Below the pieces are notes generated by a model that saw nothing but the letters and a program-made list of their open reading frames with translations, was not told the DNA's origin and made no database searches. This document shows positions 44,395 to 54,252 of a DNA stretch of 64,000 bases, piece after piece (position 1 is the stretch's first letter; every line of letters begins with the position of its first letter). The translations under genes were made by a program, and so were the position numbers. The DNA is from an uncultured delta proteobacterium (GTDB taxonomy: Bacteria > Desulfobacterota > Binatia > Binatales > Binataceae), in NCBI GenBank assembly GCA_963743865.1, contig CAVURG010000006.1:320107-384106 (forward strand), in the 5' to 3' direction.

Positions 44395-45947
44395 CAGGTG
44401 CGGGCTTTCTTGTCGATGCGCGGGAACAGCGGCGTCGTCGGATTTACGCGATGCCCCGGCTTGATGCCGTCCCCATACGGCGCGCGTGCGAGTCTCTCAT
44501 CGACATTGAGCAGGCCGAGAATCTTTTTCGACGCTACCGGCATGAACGGCTCGAGCGTGTCGGCGACAACGCGCAATCCCTCGACCAGGTTGGCGAGGAT
44601 TTGCGCGACGCGCGGCAGCTTGGCGGGATCTTTGGCGAGCGTGAACGGCGAGGTCGCGACAATATACTTGTTGGCCGCATCGAGCGCTTGCCAGATGGCT
44701 TCCAGAGCGCGATTGAACGCAAGCTCCTCGACCAGCGGCGCGACCCGCGCCGGTATCGCGGCGAAGGTATCGGCGAGCGCAACGTCGCGCGGGTCGGCGC
44801 CTGCGCCCGCGCCGGGCGCCGCCGTGATCGCGCCCTGGAAGTATCGCGCCGCCATCGAGAGCACGCGGCTGGTCAGATTGCCGAGATCGTTGGCCAGGTC
44901 CGAGTTGTAGCGATCGATCACGCGCTCTTCGGAGAAATCGCCGTCGAGGCCGTAGGTGAATTCGCGCAAGATGAAGAAGCGTAAAGCGTCGGGGCCGACA
45001 GTTTGCTGATAGGCGACGGGGTCCTCGATGTTGCCCGAGCTCTTCGACAGCCGCGCGCCGCCGAAATTCATAAATCCGTGGACGTTCAGATGACGATAGG
45101 TCGGCAAGCCGACCGCCATCAGCATCGCGGGCCAGTACACCGCGTGCGTCTTGAGGATGTCCTTGCCGATGAAATGTTCGGTGACCGGCAGGATTGCGGT
45201 CAGTGACGCGTCGTCCGTGTTGGGCAGCTCGCTCATGTAGGCCCACAGCGCGTCGTACCAGACGTAGGTGACGTACTTGTCGTCGAACGGCAGCGCGATG
45301 CCCCAATCGAGGCGCGCCTTGGGACGCGAGATGCAAAGATCCTCGAGCGGTTCGTCGAGCATCCGCAGCGCCTCGTTGCGATAGCGCTCGGGGCGGATGA
45401 AGTCGGGGTTTTTCTCGATGTTGCGGCGGATAGCCTCGCGGTATTTCTCGAGCTTCAGGAAATAGTTGCCTTCCTTGATAGGCTCGACGGGCCGATTGTG
45501 CACCGGACAGATGTTGCCGGGCAGCAGTTCCTTCTCGGTATAAAAGCGCTCGCATCCAACGCAGTAGAGGCCTTCGTAGTCCTTGAAGTAGATGTCGCCG
45601 GACTGGTAAGTGCGCGCGAGCATCCTCTGCACGAACGCCTCATGCACGGGGTCGGTGGTGCGGACAAAGATATCGTAGCTGATGTCCAGCCCGGCCCATC
45701 CTTGTCGAAACAGCGCGCTGATTTTGTCGGCGAAGGCCTTCGGATGGAGTCCGATCGCGTCGGCGGCGCGCTTGTTTTTGTCGCCGTGCTCGTCGGTGCC
45801 GGTGAGGAAGCTGACGTTGGCGCGGCCGAGCTTGCGTCGCTGAAATCGCGCGAACGCGTCGGTCGCCAGCATTTCGTAGGCATGGCCGACATGGGGCGGG
45901 CCGTTGCTGTAGATGATCGCGGTCGTGATGTGGATGCGATTTGCCAT
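44394..45947 (-). CDS. metG: methionine--tRNA ligase
   Basis: Class I signatures PHVGHAYE (HIGH) and RLSKSSGN (KMSKS). It also has the CVGCERF...CPVH zinc knuckle. Confidence 0.9.
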   Translation of the reverse strand: MANRIHITTAIIYSNGPPHVGHAYEMLATDAFARFQRRKLGRANVSFLTGTDEHGDKNKRAADAIGLHPKAFADKISALFRQGWAGLDISYDIFVRTTDPVHEAFVQRMLARTYQSGDIYFKDYEGLYCVGCERFYTEKELLPGNICPVHNRPVEPIKEGNYFLKLEKYREAIRRNIEKNPDFIRPERYRNEALRMLDEPLEDLCISRPKARLDWGIALPFDDKYVTYVWYDALWAYMSELPNTDDASLTAILPVTEHFIGKDILKTHAVYWPAMLMAVGLPTYRHLNVHGFMNFGGARLSKSSGNIEDPVAYQQTVGPDALRFFILREFTYGLDGDFSEERVIDRYNSDLANDLGNLTSRVLSMAARYFQGAITAAPGAGAGADPRDVALADTFAAIPARVAPLVEELAFNRALEAIWQALDAANKYIVATSPFTLAKDPAKLPRVAQILANLVEGLRVVADTLEPFMPVASKKILGLLNVDERLARAPYGDGIKPGHRVNPTTPLFPRIDKKART

Positions 45948-45987
45948 CAGGAGTTCAAGAGTAGCGGGTCACTCGGCGCCGCGCGAG

Positions 45988-46030
45988 CAGGGGCCAGCCC
46001 CTGCACCTTAGTCAGGAGAAGATGCGGATG
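45988..46030. repeat. palindromic repeat modules
   Basis: gcaggggccagcccctgcacc followed by ttagtcaggagaagatgcgg. The same modules occur at 39725 and 28965. Confidence 0.75.
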
Positions 46031-46081
46031 GCGTTAAGCTGCGACAGTGTTAGATAATGGTCCGCACGGAGGAATTGCCGC

Positions 46082-46708
46082 ATGATTGTCGTCCATCACC
46101 TCAACGATTCCCGCTCGCAACGTATCCTGTGGCTGCTGGAAGAGCTCGGCCTGCCGTACGAAATCAAGCCCTACCAGCGCGATGCGCAAACCCGGCTGGC
46201 GCCAGCGGAATTGAAGAAGGTTCACCCGCTGGGCAAGTCACCGGTCATCACTGATGGCAATCGGACCATCATCGAATCGGGCGCGATAATCGACTACCTG
46301 ATTCGCCGCCACGGCAAAGGCCGCCTGCAGCCCGCGCCCGAGAGTCCGGCGTATGACGAGTACGTGCAGTGGATGCACTATGCCGAAGGCTCGGCGATGC
46401 TTCCGCTGATGCTCAACCTTTATGTCACGCGCCTGGGTGCAGCGGCGGCGCCACTGATGCCGCGCATCGAGAGCGAGATTGCCAATCACCTCGGTTACCT
46501 CGACGGCGCTTTGAAGGGCCGGCAGTTCCTGGTGGGGGACACCCTGACCGGCGCTGACATCCAGATGAGCTTCGTAGCCGAGATTGCCGGCGCGTTCGGC
46601 AAGCGCGCGCCGTATCCCAACCTCGACGCGTGGATCCGGCGCTTGCACGAGCGGCCGGCCTACAAGAAGGCGCTGGAACGCGGTGGCGCGTACAACTTTG
46701 CGAACTGA
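46082..46708 (+). CDS. glutathione S-transferase family protein
   Basis: The N-terminal thioredoxin-like domain is SRSQRILWLLEELGLPYE...PLGKSPVI...ESGAIIDYL, and a helical C-domain follows. Confidence 0.8.
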   Translation: MIVVHHLNDSRSQRILWLLEELGLPYEIKPYQRDAQTRLAPAELKKVHPLGKSPVITDGNRTIIESGAIIDYLIRRHGKGRLQPAPESPAYDEYVQWMHYAEGSAMLPLMLNLYVTRLGAAAAPLMPRIESEIANHLGYLDGALKGRQFLVGDTLTGADIQMSFVAEIAGAFGKRAPYPNLDAWIRRLHERPAYKKALERGGAYNFAN

Positions 46709-46790
46709 AGACGCGCCGCTGATCACGAATGCGATAGTCGGCAATCAGATTCAGGCGCCGCGGCGGGACGTGAGGCGGTAGGGACGCTTG

Positions 46791-47636
46791 CTACTGCGGG
46801 CGCGAGGCGACCAGATCTTCTAGCGTCACTTCGACCACGCCGCCGTCTTCCTCGCGCTGAACCAGCACCGTCTGCTTCAGCGTGTTCTGTCGAACCACTC
46901 TGCCGTCGCCCTTGACGCATTGCACGCGCTTGCCGACGTTGGGCAGCGCGCGCTTGAGTTCGACGTAGCTGGCGTATTCGTAGCGCAGGCAGCATTTGAG
47001 CCGCCCGCACATCCCGGCCAGGCGCGAGGGGTTGAGCGCGAGACCCTGCTCGCGCGCCATCTTGACCGTGACCGCCTCGAAGTCGCGCAGCCAACTGGAG
47101 CAGCATAGCTCGCGTCCGCACGGACCCATCCCACCCGTGACTTTGGTCTCATCGCGGGCGCCAATCTGTTTCATCTCGACGCGAACGCGCAGCGAGTTGG
47201 CGAGATCGCGGACCAGCTCGCGGAAATCGATGCGGCCCTCGGCAACGAAATAGAAGACGACCTTGCGCCCGTCGAAGGTATAGTCGGCGCTGACGAGCTT
47301 CATCTGGATGCGGCTCTCGCGGATGCGCTCGACGCACAAGCGGCGTGCGTGCGCCTCACGCGAGAGGGTTTCGCGCTCGGCGTGGAAATCGCTCTCGGAA
47401 GCAATGCGGATAACGGGACGCAGCGCGGAAAGATCGATCGTTTGCGCGGGTTCGTGGGGCTCGATCTCGACGGTGCCGAGGCGGGCGCCGTTGTCGCTTT
47501 CGACCAGCACGCGTTCGCCGCGGCGCAGGGTCCGGTCGCCGGCCAGAAAATTATACAGATGGCCGGCCTGCTGGAGACTGACGGCGACGATTTTCGCAGT
47601 TGGTTGCGAGCCTTCAAACGGATCGATGTCAGCCAC
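46791..47636 (-). CDS. ricT: PSP1/RicT (YaaT) domain protein
   Basis: The PSP1 C-terminal core is GRKVVFYFVAEGRIDFRELVRDLA...GPCGRELCCSSWL...GMCGRLKCCLRYEY. It lies downstream of holB, as in the tmk-holB-ricT arrangement. Confidence 0.8.
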   Translation of the reverse strand: MADIDPFEGSQPTAKIVAVSLQQAGHLYNFLAGDRTLRRGERVLVESDNGARLGTVEIEPHEPAQTIDLSALRPVIRIASESDFHAERETLSREAHARRLCVERIRESRIQMKLVSADYTFDGRKVVFYFVAEGRIDFRELVRDLANSLRVRVEMKQIGARDETKVTGGMGPCGRELCCSSWLRDFEAVTVKMAREQGLALNPSRLAGMCGRLKCCLRYEYASYVELKRALPNVGKRVQCVKGDGRVVRQNTLKQTVLVQREEDGGVVEVTLEDLVASRPQ

Positions 47637-47642
47637 TATCTT

Positions 47643-48723
47643 CTACTCACCCCGCATCGCATGGCCGGCGATAGTCCACCAATTCTCAGCCTGCAGCCGG
47701 GGATTGGCGTTCGCTTCGACCGCTTCGCTGGCGCGCAGTGCCGCGTCGATACATTTCACCACCGCATCGACCCCGAAACTATCCGCCAGACTCGCCAATT
47801 GCGGCCTGGACTCGGGCGCAAACGCCACGAAATCGGCCTTCAGCAGTTTGTAGCATAGTATTTCTTCGAGCAGTCTTGCGAGCAGCTCGAAATTGCCGGT
47901 GGCGGCGTCGCGGTTGGCGAAGAACTCCTGGGCGAGAGACTGCGCGCGGGCGAAATCGATCGATTTTGCAGTGCTCAGCGCGTCGAGCAGCTCCTTCATC
48001 GGCGGTTCATCGCCGTCGGCGAGTGCGATCGCATTTGCAGCGCTGCCGCGAGCCAGCAACGCAAGCGCACTGGCGCGAGCTTTATCGCCGACGCCATGCG
48101 CGGCAAGGATAGCCTCGAGATCGGCGGTCTGGAGCGCGGGAAATCTGACCGTGCGCGTGCGCGAGCGGACGGTGTCGAGCAGGGCGCGCTCGCTGGCCGA
48201 TACCATGATGATGATTGCGTGGCCGGGCGGCTCTTCGAGCGTTTTCAGGAGCGCGTTCTGCGCGGGGATGCCGAGGGTCTCGGCGTCGTCGATAATTGCC
48301 ATACGAACCGATGAGCGCGACGGCCGGATTCCAAGCCGCGCAATCAGTTCGCGGACCTGGTCGATCAGAACTTCGGTGCGGCCGGCCGGCCGCGACACGT
48401 AGGTGAAATCCGGATGCACGCCGGTCGCGATTTGCACGCACGCAGAGCAGCAGTCGCATCGCGGCGCGTCCGCATCGTCGGCGCGCGCGCGCGTACGCTC
48501 GGTCTGCGGCGCAATGCGGACAGGGCATCGCGCGGTAGTGCAGCAGAAATTCTCGCCGGGCGATCGCTCGCACATCATGGCGTGGACCAGGCTGGTTGCT
48601 GACGAGCGCCTTGCCGACGCCGCGCGGGCCCGCGAAGAGGTAGGCGTGCGAGGGCCGGCTGCGCAATTCGGCGAGCAGCCGGCTTGCGGCTTCGCGATGC
48701 CCGCGGATCGAAGTTATGGGCAT
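47643..48723 (-). CDS. holB: DNA polymerase III subunit delta' (frameshifted as assembled)
   Basis: The N-terminus HAYLFAGPRGVGK (ORF 48082..48792) continues in ORF 47643..48578 with CSACVQIATGVHPDF, IIDDAE and NALLKTLEEPP. The break is near 48595. Confidence 0.8.
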
Positions 48724-48733
48724 GGTGATTGGC

Positions 48734-49375
48734 TCATCGGCGGGCGAGCAGCTCGTCCACGGCGTGGCGGATGTCGGCGCTGACGGCGGCAACCGGACGG
48801 TCGGCGTCGATCACGACGACCCGCGCGGGCTCGGCCTTCGCGATCGCGAGAAAACCGTCGCGCACTCTGCGATGGAAGTCGGCGCGCTCGCCCTCGAAGC
48901 GGTCGGAGCCGCGTCCGGTGCCCATCGCTCGCGCGCGGGTGCGCTCGAGACCGGTCTCGACCGGCAGGTCGAGGACGATAGTCAGGTCGGGCGTCACGTT
49001 GTCGCTGGCGAGCCGGTTCAGCTCGCCGAGCAGTTTGAGATCGAAGCCGCGGCCGTGGCCCTGGTAGGCGGTGGTCGAATCCGAATAGCGATCGGAAATC
49101 ACGATTTCGCCGGCGGCGAGCGCGGGCCGGAGTTTTTCGCGGACGTGCTGCGCGCGATCGGCAAGCACCAGCAGCAGTTCCGCGGCTACGTCGAGCGAAA
49201 CGGCGGGATCGAGAAAAATCGCGCGAATCGTTTCGCCGGCGCGCGTGCCGCCCGGCTCATGGGTGACCGTTACGCGCCGCCCGCTTTTGCGCAGCGCGTC
49301 GCCCAGGATTGCGGCCTGGGTGGTCTTGCCACTTCCTTCGACGCCTTCGAGCGTGATGAATACACCGGCTGCCAT
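48734..49375 (-). CDS. tmk: dTMP (thymidylate) kinase
   Basis: P-loop FITLEGVEGSGKTT, the DRY motif (ISDRYSDS) and the LID region. Confidence 0.9.
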   Translation of the reverse strand: MAAGVFITLEGVEGSGKTTQAAILGDALRKSGRRVTVTHEPGGTRAGETIRAIFLDPAVSLDVAAELLLVLADRAQHVREKLRPALAAGEIVISDRYSDSTTAYQGHGRGFDLKLLGELNRLASDNVTPDLTIVLDLPVETGLERTRARAMGTGRGSDRFEGERADFHRRVRDGFLAIAKAEPARVVVIDADRPVAAVSADIRHAVDELLARR

Positions 49376-49405
49376 CGGTTAGCTGGATTGGAGCGTTGCG
49401 CGTCC

Positions 49406-50247
49406 TTATCCGCCAAGATACCAGCGCGTCAGTTGCGGCTGAAAGAGAGCGAAGATGCCGGCGGCCAGCGCCAGATACGGACCGAACGGAACTTCGGTGC
49501 GCAGAATCGAGACGTCTGCTTCCTCCGGATCGCTCACGGGGTCGCCCAGCGGAGCGGGTGAAGTCGCGCCACCGCCGGTGAGCGCGAACGCGATTCCGCC
49601 GATCGCGCCGATTACCGAACCGAAAAACAAAGTGAACAAAACTCCCGGCCAGCCGAGAAATCCACCGACCATCCCCAGCAGCCACACGTCGCCCAGGCCC
49701 ACGCCCTCGCGCCCGCGGACCAGCTGGTAGAAATAGCCGGTACCATACAGGACGCCGCCGCCGAGCGCGATTCCGATCAAGCGAACTCTTCCAGCCGACC
49801 TCCGGCATCATCAGCGACGCGGCGATGAATCCCACCAGTCGTCCCGGGCCAGGTAATGATGTTCGGAATCAGCCGCCAGTCGTAGTCGACGATCGCGACG
49901 ACCCACAGCGCGGCGCATAGTACGAAGCGCGCGAACGCGTCGGGGATGGGGAAGGCGAGGTAGAGATAGAGAGCGATGATGGCGAGTCCGAATTCGGCGA
50001 GAAAATGGCGGAACGGGATCGGCGCGCTGCACATCACGCATCGCCCGCGCAATCCAAGGTAGGCGAGAATCGGGATGTTCGCCCACCATGGAATCGCGCG
50101 CTCGCAACTCTCGCAAAATGAGCGCGGCGTGACGATCGAAAGATCGCGGGGGAGCCGATACGCAACCATGCAGATGAAGCTGCCGACGCTCGCGCCGAAG
50201 ATGAACGCAATTGCGGCGCCGATTCCGGTGGGCATGTCGAGTGTCAT
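49406..50247 (-). CDS. pilD: prepilin peptidase (A24 family) (two frameshifts as assembled)
   Basis: The zinc-binding Cys pairs are CESC...CVMC. The catalytic Asp regions are VAIVDYDWRLIP and GLGDVWLLGMVGGFLG. The three track ORFs join with extra nucleotides near 49839 and 49783. Confidence 0.8.
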
Positions 50248-50329
50248 AGCGTCACCGTTTCTTCCAATTCGACCTCCGAGTGTCAATTCCAATAACATAC
50301 ACGTTCGCGCGCCGAAAATTGACTCGGCG

Positions 50330-51164
50330 TCAGTGCTGGCATTCCGGACAATAGAAGCTGGCGCGCTGGCCCACGATCACATTTTTGATCGGCGTCGAGC
50401 ATGTGTAGCACGGTTTTCCCTCGCGGCCGTAAACTCGCAAGCGCGCGGCGAATCGCCCGGGCTGTCCGCGTGAATCGCGGTAACTGCGAAAGGTGGTGCC
50501 GTTACTGCCGATCGCGGCGCGCAGGATTACCGGCACGGCGGCCGCGATTTTTTCGATCTCGATTCGCGTCACGCGGCCGGCCCGCCGCGCGGGACGCACG
50601 CCGGCGCGAAACAGAATCTCGGATGCGTAGATATTGCCGATACCGGCGACGATTCGCTGATCCATGATCAGGCTCTTGATCGCCGCCATCCGGCCGCGGG
50701 CCTTCGCGGCGAGGTAGCCGGCGTTGAATCGGTGCGACAACGGCTCAGGGCCGAGACCCTTCAGTTCCGCCGTGGAAGCCAGCGCGGCGCGCCGGACGAG
50801 ACTGACCATGCCGAAGCGCCGCGGATCGTTGTAAACCAGGCGCGAGGCGTCATCGAGCGAAAATTCGAGATGGTCGTGGCGCGGATCGAGGTCGCCGGCG
50901 CGGAAGCCGTCGTGGCGATGAGTCAGACTGCCGGACATCCCGAGGTGCACCAGCATCACGTCGTCGCCGTCGAGCTCGACGATCAAATATTTGGCGCGGC
51001 GTGACAGTTTCACAATTTGCCGGCCGGCGATCGCCGCGGCAAAATCCACGGTGACGCCGCGGCGCAGCCGCTTCTCGCCGATTCGAACACTCACGATCGT
51101 TCTGCCGACGGCGGTGCGAACGAGTATCCGGCGCAAGCGATTCTACTTCCGGCAGTTCAGGCAT
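50330..51164 (-). CDS. mutM: formamidopyrimidine-DNA glycosylase (frameshifted as assembled)
   Basis: MPELPEVE (ORF 50850..51164) joins LRRILVRTAVG... (ORF 50330..51136) after removal of one C near 51137. The H2TH motif and the C-terminal zinc finger CYTC...CPECQ are present. Confidence 0.85.
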
Positions 51165-52098
51165 CGCGCGTGACGATCCTGCCGGCCAGTTCGATTCGCA
51201 GCGCGTGCGCGAGTCTTAAAAAGTCGGGTACGCCGAGCCTCTCGGCGCGCGTGGCCGGATCGATCGCCGCGCGTTCGAGCGCGCGCGCGATCCGCGCGCT
51301 GTCGATTCCAAGCGCGTGGCTGAGCGCATTGCGAATTGTCTTGCGCGGCGCAGAGAACGAGGCGCGCACGGTTTCGAGCACGTCGCGTTCGTTTTCGTTG
51401 CCGGCCGCAAACGTCTGCGTCGCCCTGGGCGTGAAAGCGAGAACTTCGGCGTCGATCTTGGGACGCGGATGGAAGCTGCCCGCGGCGACGCTGAAATGCA
51501 GGTCGATCTCCCAGTAAAGCGCGTTGAATACGCTCAACGCGCCATACGCCTCGTCGCCGGGGGTCGCGCGAATCCGCGCGGCGACTTCGCGTTGAAACAT
51601 CAGGACCATTCTCGAAATCATGCGCGCGTTGTCGCTGAGCCGGCGCAGGATGGCCGCCGCGACATTGAACGGAAGATTGCCGATTACCTTGACTGGCGGA
51701 TCGGTGACCAGCGCCGCGAAATCGATCGCAAGAAAGTCGGCGTTGATGACGCGAACGTTCGCGTCGCCGCCGTCTGCGAAGCGCTCCCGGAGCCGGGCGG
51801 CGAGGCGCGGGTCGAGTTCCACCAGCGTCAGCGAGCGCAACGGCCGCGCCGCGATTTTCTCGGTCAGGATGCCCAGGCCGGGACCTATCTCGACCACCGG
51901 GTCCGATTCGGACAGCTCCGCCGCGGCGACGATTCGATCGGCGACGGCGCCGCTGGTCAGGAAATTCTGGCCGCGCGATTTTGCCGGCCGCACGCCGGCT
52001 GCTCGCCAGCGCCGGTGCGGGACGCGACGGCGTTTCAGTTCCGCCGGCGGTGCTGTTGGCTGGCTTAAGTTTGCGGCGCGCGTGCGATTTTCGTGCAA
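51157..52098 (-). CDS. rsmA: 16S rRNA (adenine1518/1519-N6)-dimethyltransferase
   Basis: GQNFL, VVEIGPGLGILT and VIGNLPFNV motifs. Confidence 0.9.
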   Translation of the reverse strand: MHENRTRAANLSQPTAPPAELKRRRVPHRRWRAAGVRPAKSRGQNFLTSGAVADRIVAAAELSESDPVVEIGPGLGILTEKIAARPLRSLTLVELDPRLAARLRERFADGGDANVRVINADFLAIDFAALVTDPPVKVIGNLPFNVAAAILRRLSDNARMISRMVLMFQREVAARIRATPGDEAYGALSVFNALYWEIDLHFSVAAGSFHPRPKIDAEVLAFTPRATQTFAAGNENERDVLETVRASFSAPRKTIRNALSHALGIDSARIARALERAAIDPATRAERLGVPDFLRLAHALRIELAGRIVTRDA

Positions 52099-52116
52099 TC
52101 GTCATCTGCTCCGGAT

Positions 52117-53121
52117 TCAAAGCGCGAGATTGGCTTCCGCGTCGATGCTGAGCGCGTCGCGCTCGCCGCGAATCAGACGGTAGCTGCCCGCGAGCGCGAT
52201 CATCGCCGCATTATCGGTGCAATATTCGAGCGCGGGTGCGACCAGCCGGCGGCCATCGGCCGCCGCTGCCTCGGCCAGCCTGTCGCGCAATCTCGAATTT
52301 GCCGCGACGCCGCCGGTCAGTGCGATGGTGTCCGCGCCCAGTTCGCGCGCGGCGGCGATGGTCGGCTTCACCAGCATATCGACGACAGCTTCCTGAAAGC
52401 TCGCGGCGAGATCCTCGGGCCGCTCGGCGCGGCCATCCTCGCTGGCCAGAATAGTTGCGACCGCCGTCTTCACGCCGCTGAAACTGAAATCCATGGGCGC
52501 GCCCCTGACATGGGCGCGCGGGATTCGCACGCGCTTTCGATTGCCGCGGCGCGACATCTCGTCGATCGCGCGACCGCCCGGATAGCCCAGTCCCATCAGC
52601 TTGGCGACCTTGTCGAACGCCTCGCCGGCGGCGTCGTCGCGAGTGCATCCGATCCGGCGGTAGCGCCCGAAATCCTCGACCGCGAACAGTGCAGTGTGAC
52701 CGCCGGATACGACCAGCGCCAGGTACGGCATCGCGATGCGATTTTCCAGCAGCGGCGCCAGCAGATGGCCCTCGATATGATTCACGCCGACCATCGCCAC
52801 GCCGCTCGCCTGCGCCAGCCCCTTGGCGAACATCAAGCCGACCAGCAACGAGCCGACCAATCCCGGCCCGCGCGTGACTGCGATTCCCTCGATGTCCACG
52901 AGCCGGCATCCGGCGCCGCCCAGCGCGCGCTCGATGACGGGCGCAATCGTGACGACGTGGCTGCGCGACGCGAGTTCGGGAACGATACCGCCGTAAGCGC
53001 GATGGATGTCGTCCTGATTGGCTACCGTGCTGGAGCGAATGTCGGCGATGCCCGGGGCGGTGGTTTCGAGCACCGCGGCGGCAGCGTCGTCGCACGAAGA
53101 TTCAATTCCGAGTATCAGCAT
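52117..53121 (-). CDS. tsaD: tRNA N6-adenosine threonylcarbamoyltransferase
   Basis: MLILGIESSCDD, HIEGH, SGGHT and LTGGVAANSRLR. I chose the start at MLILG because the upstream 13 codons of the track ORF are a translated repeat module. Confidence 0.9.
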   Translation of the reverse strand: MLILGIESSCDDAAAAVLETTAPGIADIRSSTVANQDDIHRAYGGIVPELASRSHVVTIAPVIERALGGAGCRLVDIEGIAVTRGPGLVGSLLVGLMFAKGLAQASGVAMVGVNHIEGHLLAPLLENRIAMPYLALVVSGGHTALFAVEDFGRYRRIGCTRDDAAGEAFDKVAKLMGLGYPGGRAIDEMSRRGNRKRVRIPRAHVRGAPMDFSFSGVKTAVATILASEDGRAERPEDLAASFQEAVVDMLVKPTIAAARELGADTIALTGGVAANSRLRDRLAEAAAADGRRLVAPALEYCTDNAAMIALAGSYRLIRGERDALSIDAEANLAL

Positions 53122-53130
53122 CGCGAGTTT

Positions 53131-53292
53131 GCTCAGGATGACACAAAAGCAGGATGACACAAGAAAACGGACGCGCGGGCTATTTCCTTACCAACCCCTT
53201 CTAACAGGGCGAAGCCCGCATCTTTTCTTAATACTAAGGTGCAGGGGTTACCCCTGCCCAAGGAAGTGGGAAACCCACGGTGGGTTTCACGT
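53131..53292. repeat. palindromic repeat modules
   Basis: gctcaggatgacaca occurs twice. Then come taacagggcgaagcccgcatctt, ggtgcaggggttacccctgcc, caaggaag and gggaaacccacggtgggtttcac. This is the inverted order of the array at 24283-24370. Confidence 0.85.
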
Positions 53293-53314
53293 TAGATTAA
53301 GTCGCTCCGCGTGT

Positions 53315-54245
53315 TCAGTCTGCCGGAGCGGGCGGCGGCAAAGCAGGTGCTTCGTCCGGCGCTGGCGGAGCTTCGGGCTCTGCGGGCGCGGGCTGGTCGA
53401 GATCCGCGGCTGATGCCGACGCGCTCGCAGCGGCAGGCACGAATACGGACACGCGCGTAACGCCGACTCGCGCAGTCAGGTTGCCCGGACTCGCGGCGAG
53501 AGCCTTCTGATAGGCGGCGGCGGCCTCGGCGGATTTACCCGACTCCTCTAGACTGAGCCCTTCGAACGCGTAGATTTCGCCGAGCCACGCGGAATCCGAT
53601 GCGAGCCCGATTTCCGCGCGCTTGAAGAACGTCTGCGCCTGCGTGTAGTCCTTGCGCGTGACGTATGCGCGCCCCAGGTAGAAGTACGCGTACGAGTTGC
53701 TCGGATCGATCGAAATCGCGTGCGCCAGTTCGCGAATCGCGCTCGTCAGTGTGCCCCTGCTCGAGCTCGACGCGCTGCTGCTCGGTGATTCTCAACGATG
53801 CGGCACGGGCGGGAGTTGGCGCAGTATCGATCAGCGGTGCCAGCGAAGAGTCGCTGATTTGGGGCGTCGTCGCGATCGAACCTACGTCGATCGCAGGCGC
53901 GACATCGGGCGGTTCGGCTTCTGAGGGGCGCGTGGGCGCCGGAGTTGGCGTCGGTTTGGAAGGAAGCCCCTGCTGCTGGCCGGGCTCTGGCTGCTCGGCG
54001 GGCGTCGGTTTCGCGGCAGGCACCTGTTCCCAATCACCGGAATCGGGATTTGTGTCGGGATTGGGATTTGCCTCTGCGGAGGTAGATGACGGCGCGGCGG
54101 GACCAGGCTGAGCCGCGAGATCCTGCGCTGGAATCGATTCCTCTTCGAGTTTCGCGACAACCATCGGCTGCCGCTGCGATGCGCTCGCGGAAATCGGCAG
54201 CATCGACAGAAATATTGCGAAAGCGAATGAGCCCAGTCGCTTCAT
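53315..54245 (-). CDS. secreted Pro-rich / TPR-repeat protein (frameshifted as assembled)
   Basis: A signal peptide (MKRLGSFAFAIFLSMLPISASA) is followed by a low-complexity Pro/Thr region. After one extra G in a G-run near 53754 come the TPR-like repeats TLTSAIRELAHAISIDPSNSYAYFYLGRAYVTRKDYTQAQTFFKRA. Confidence 0.6.
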
Positions 54246-54252
54246 TAGCGGA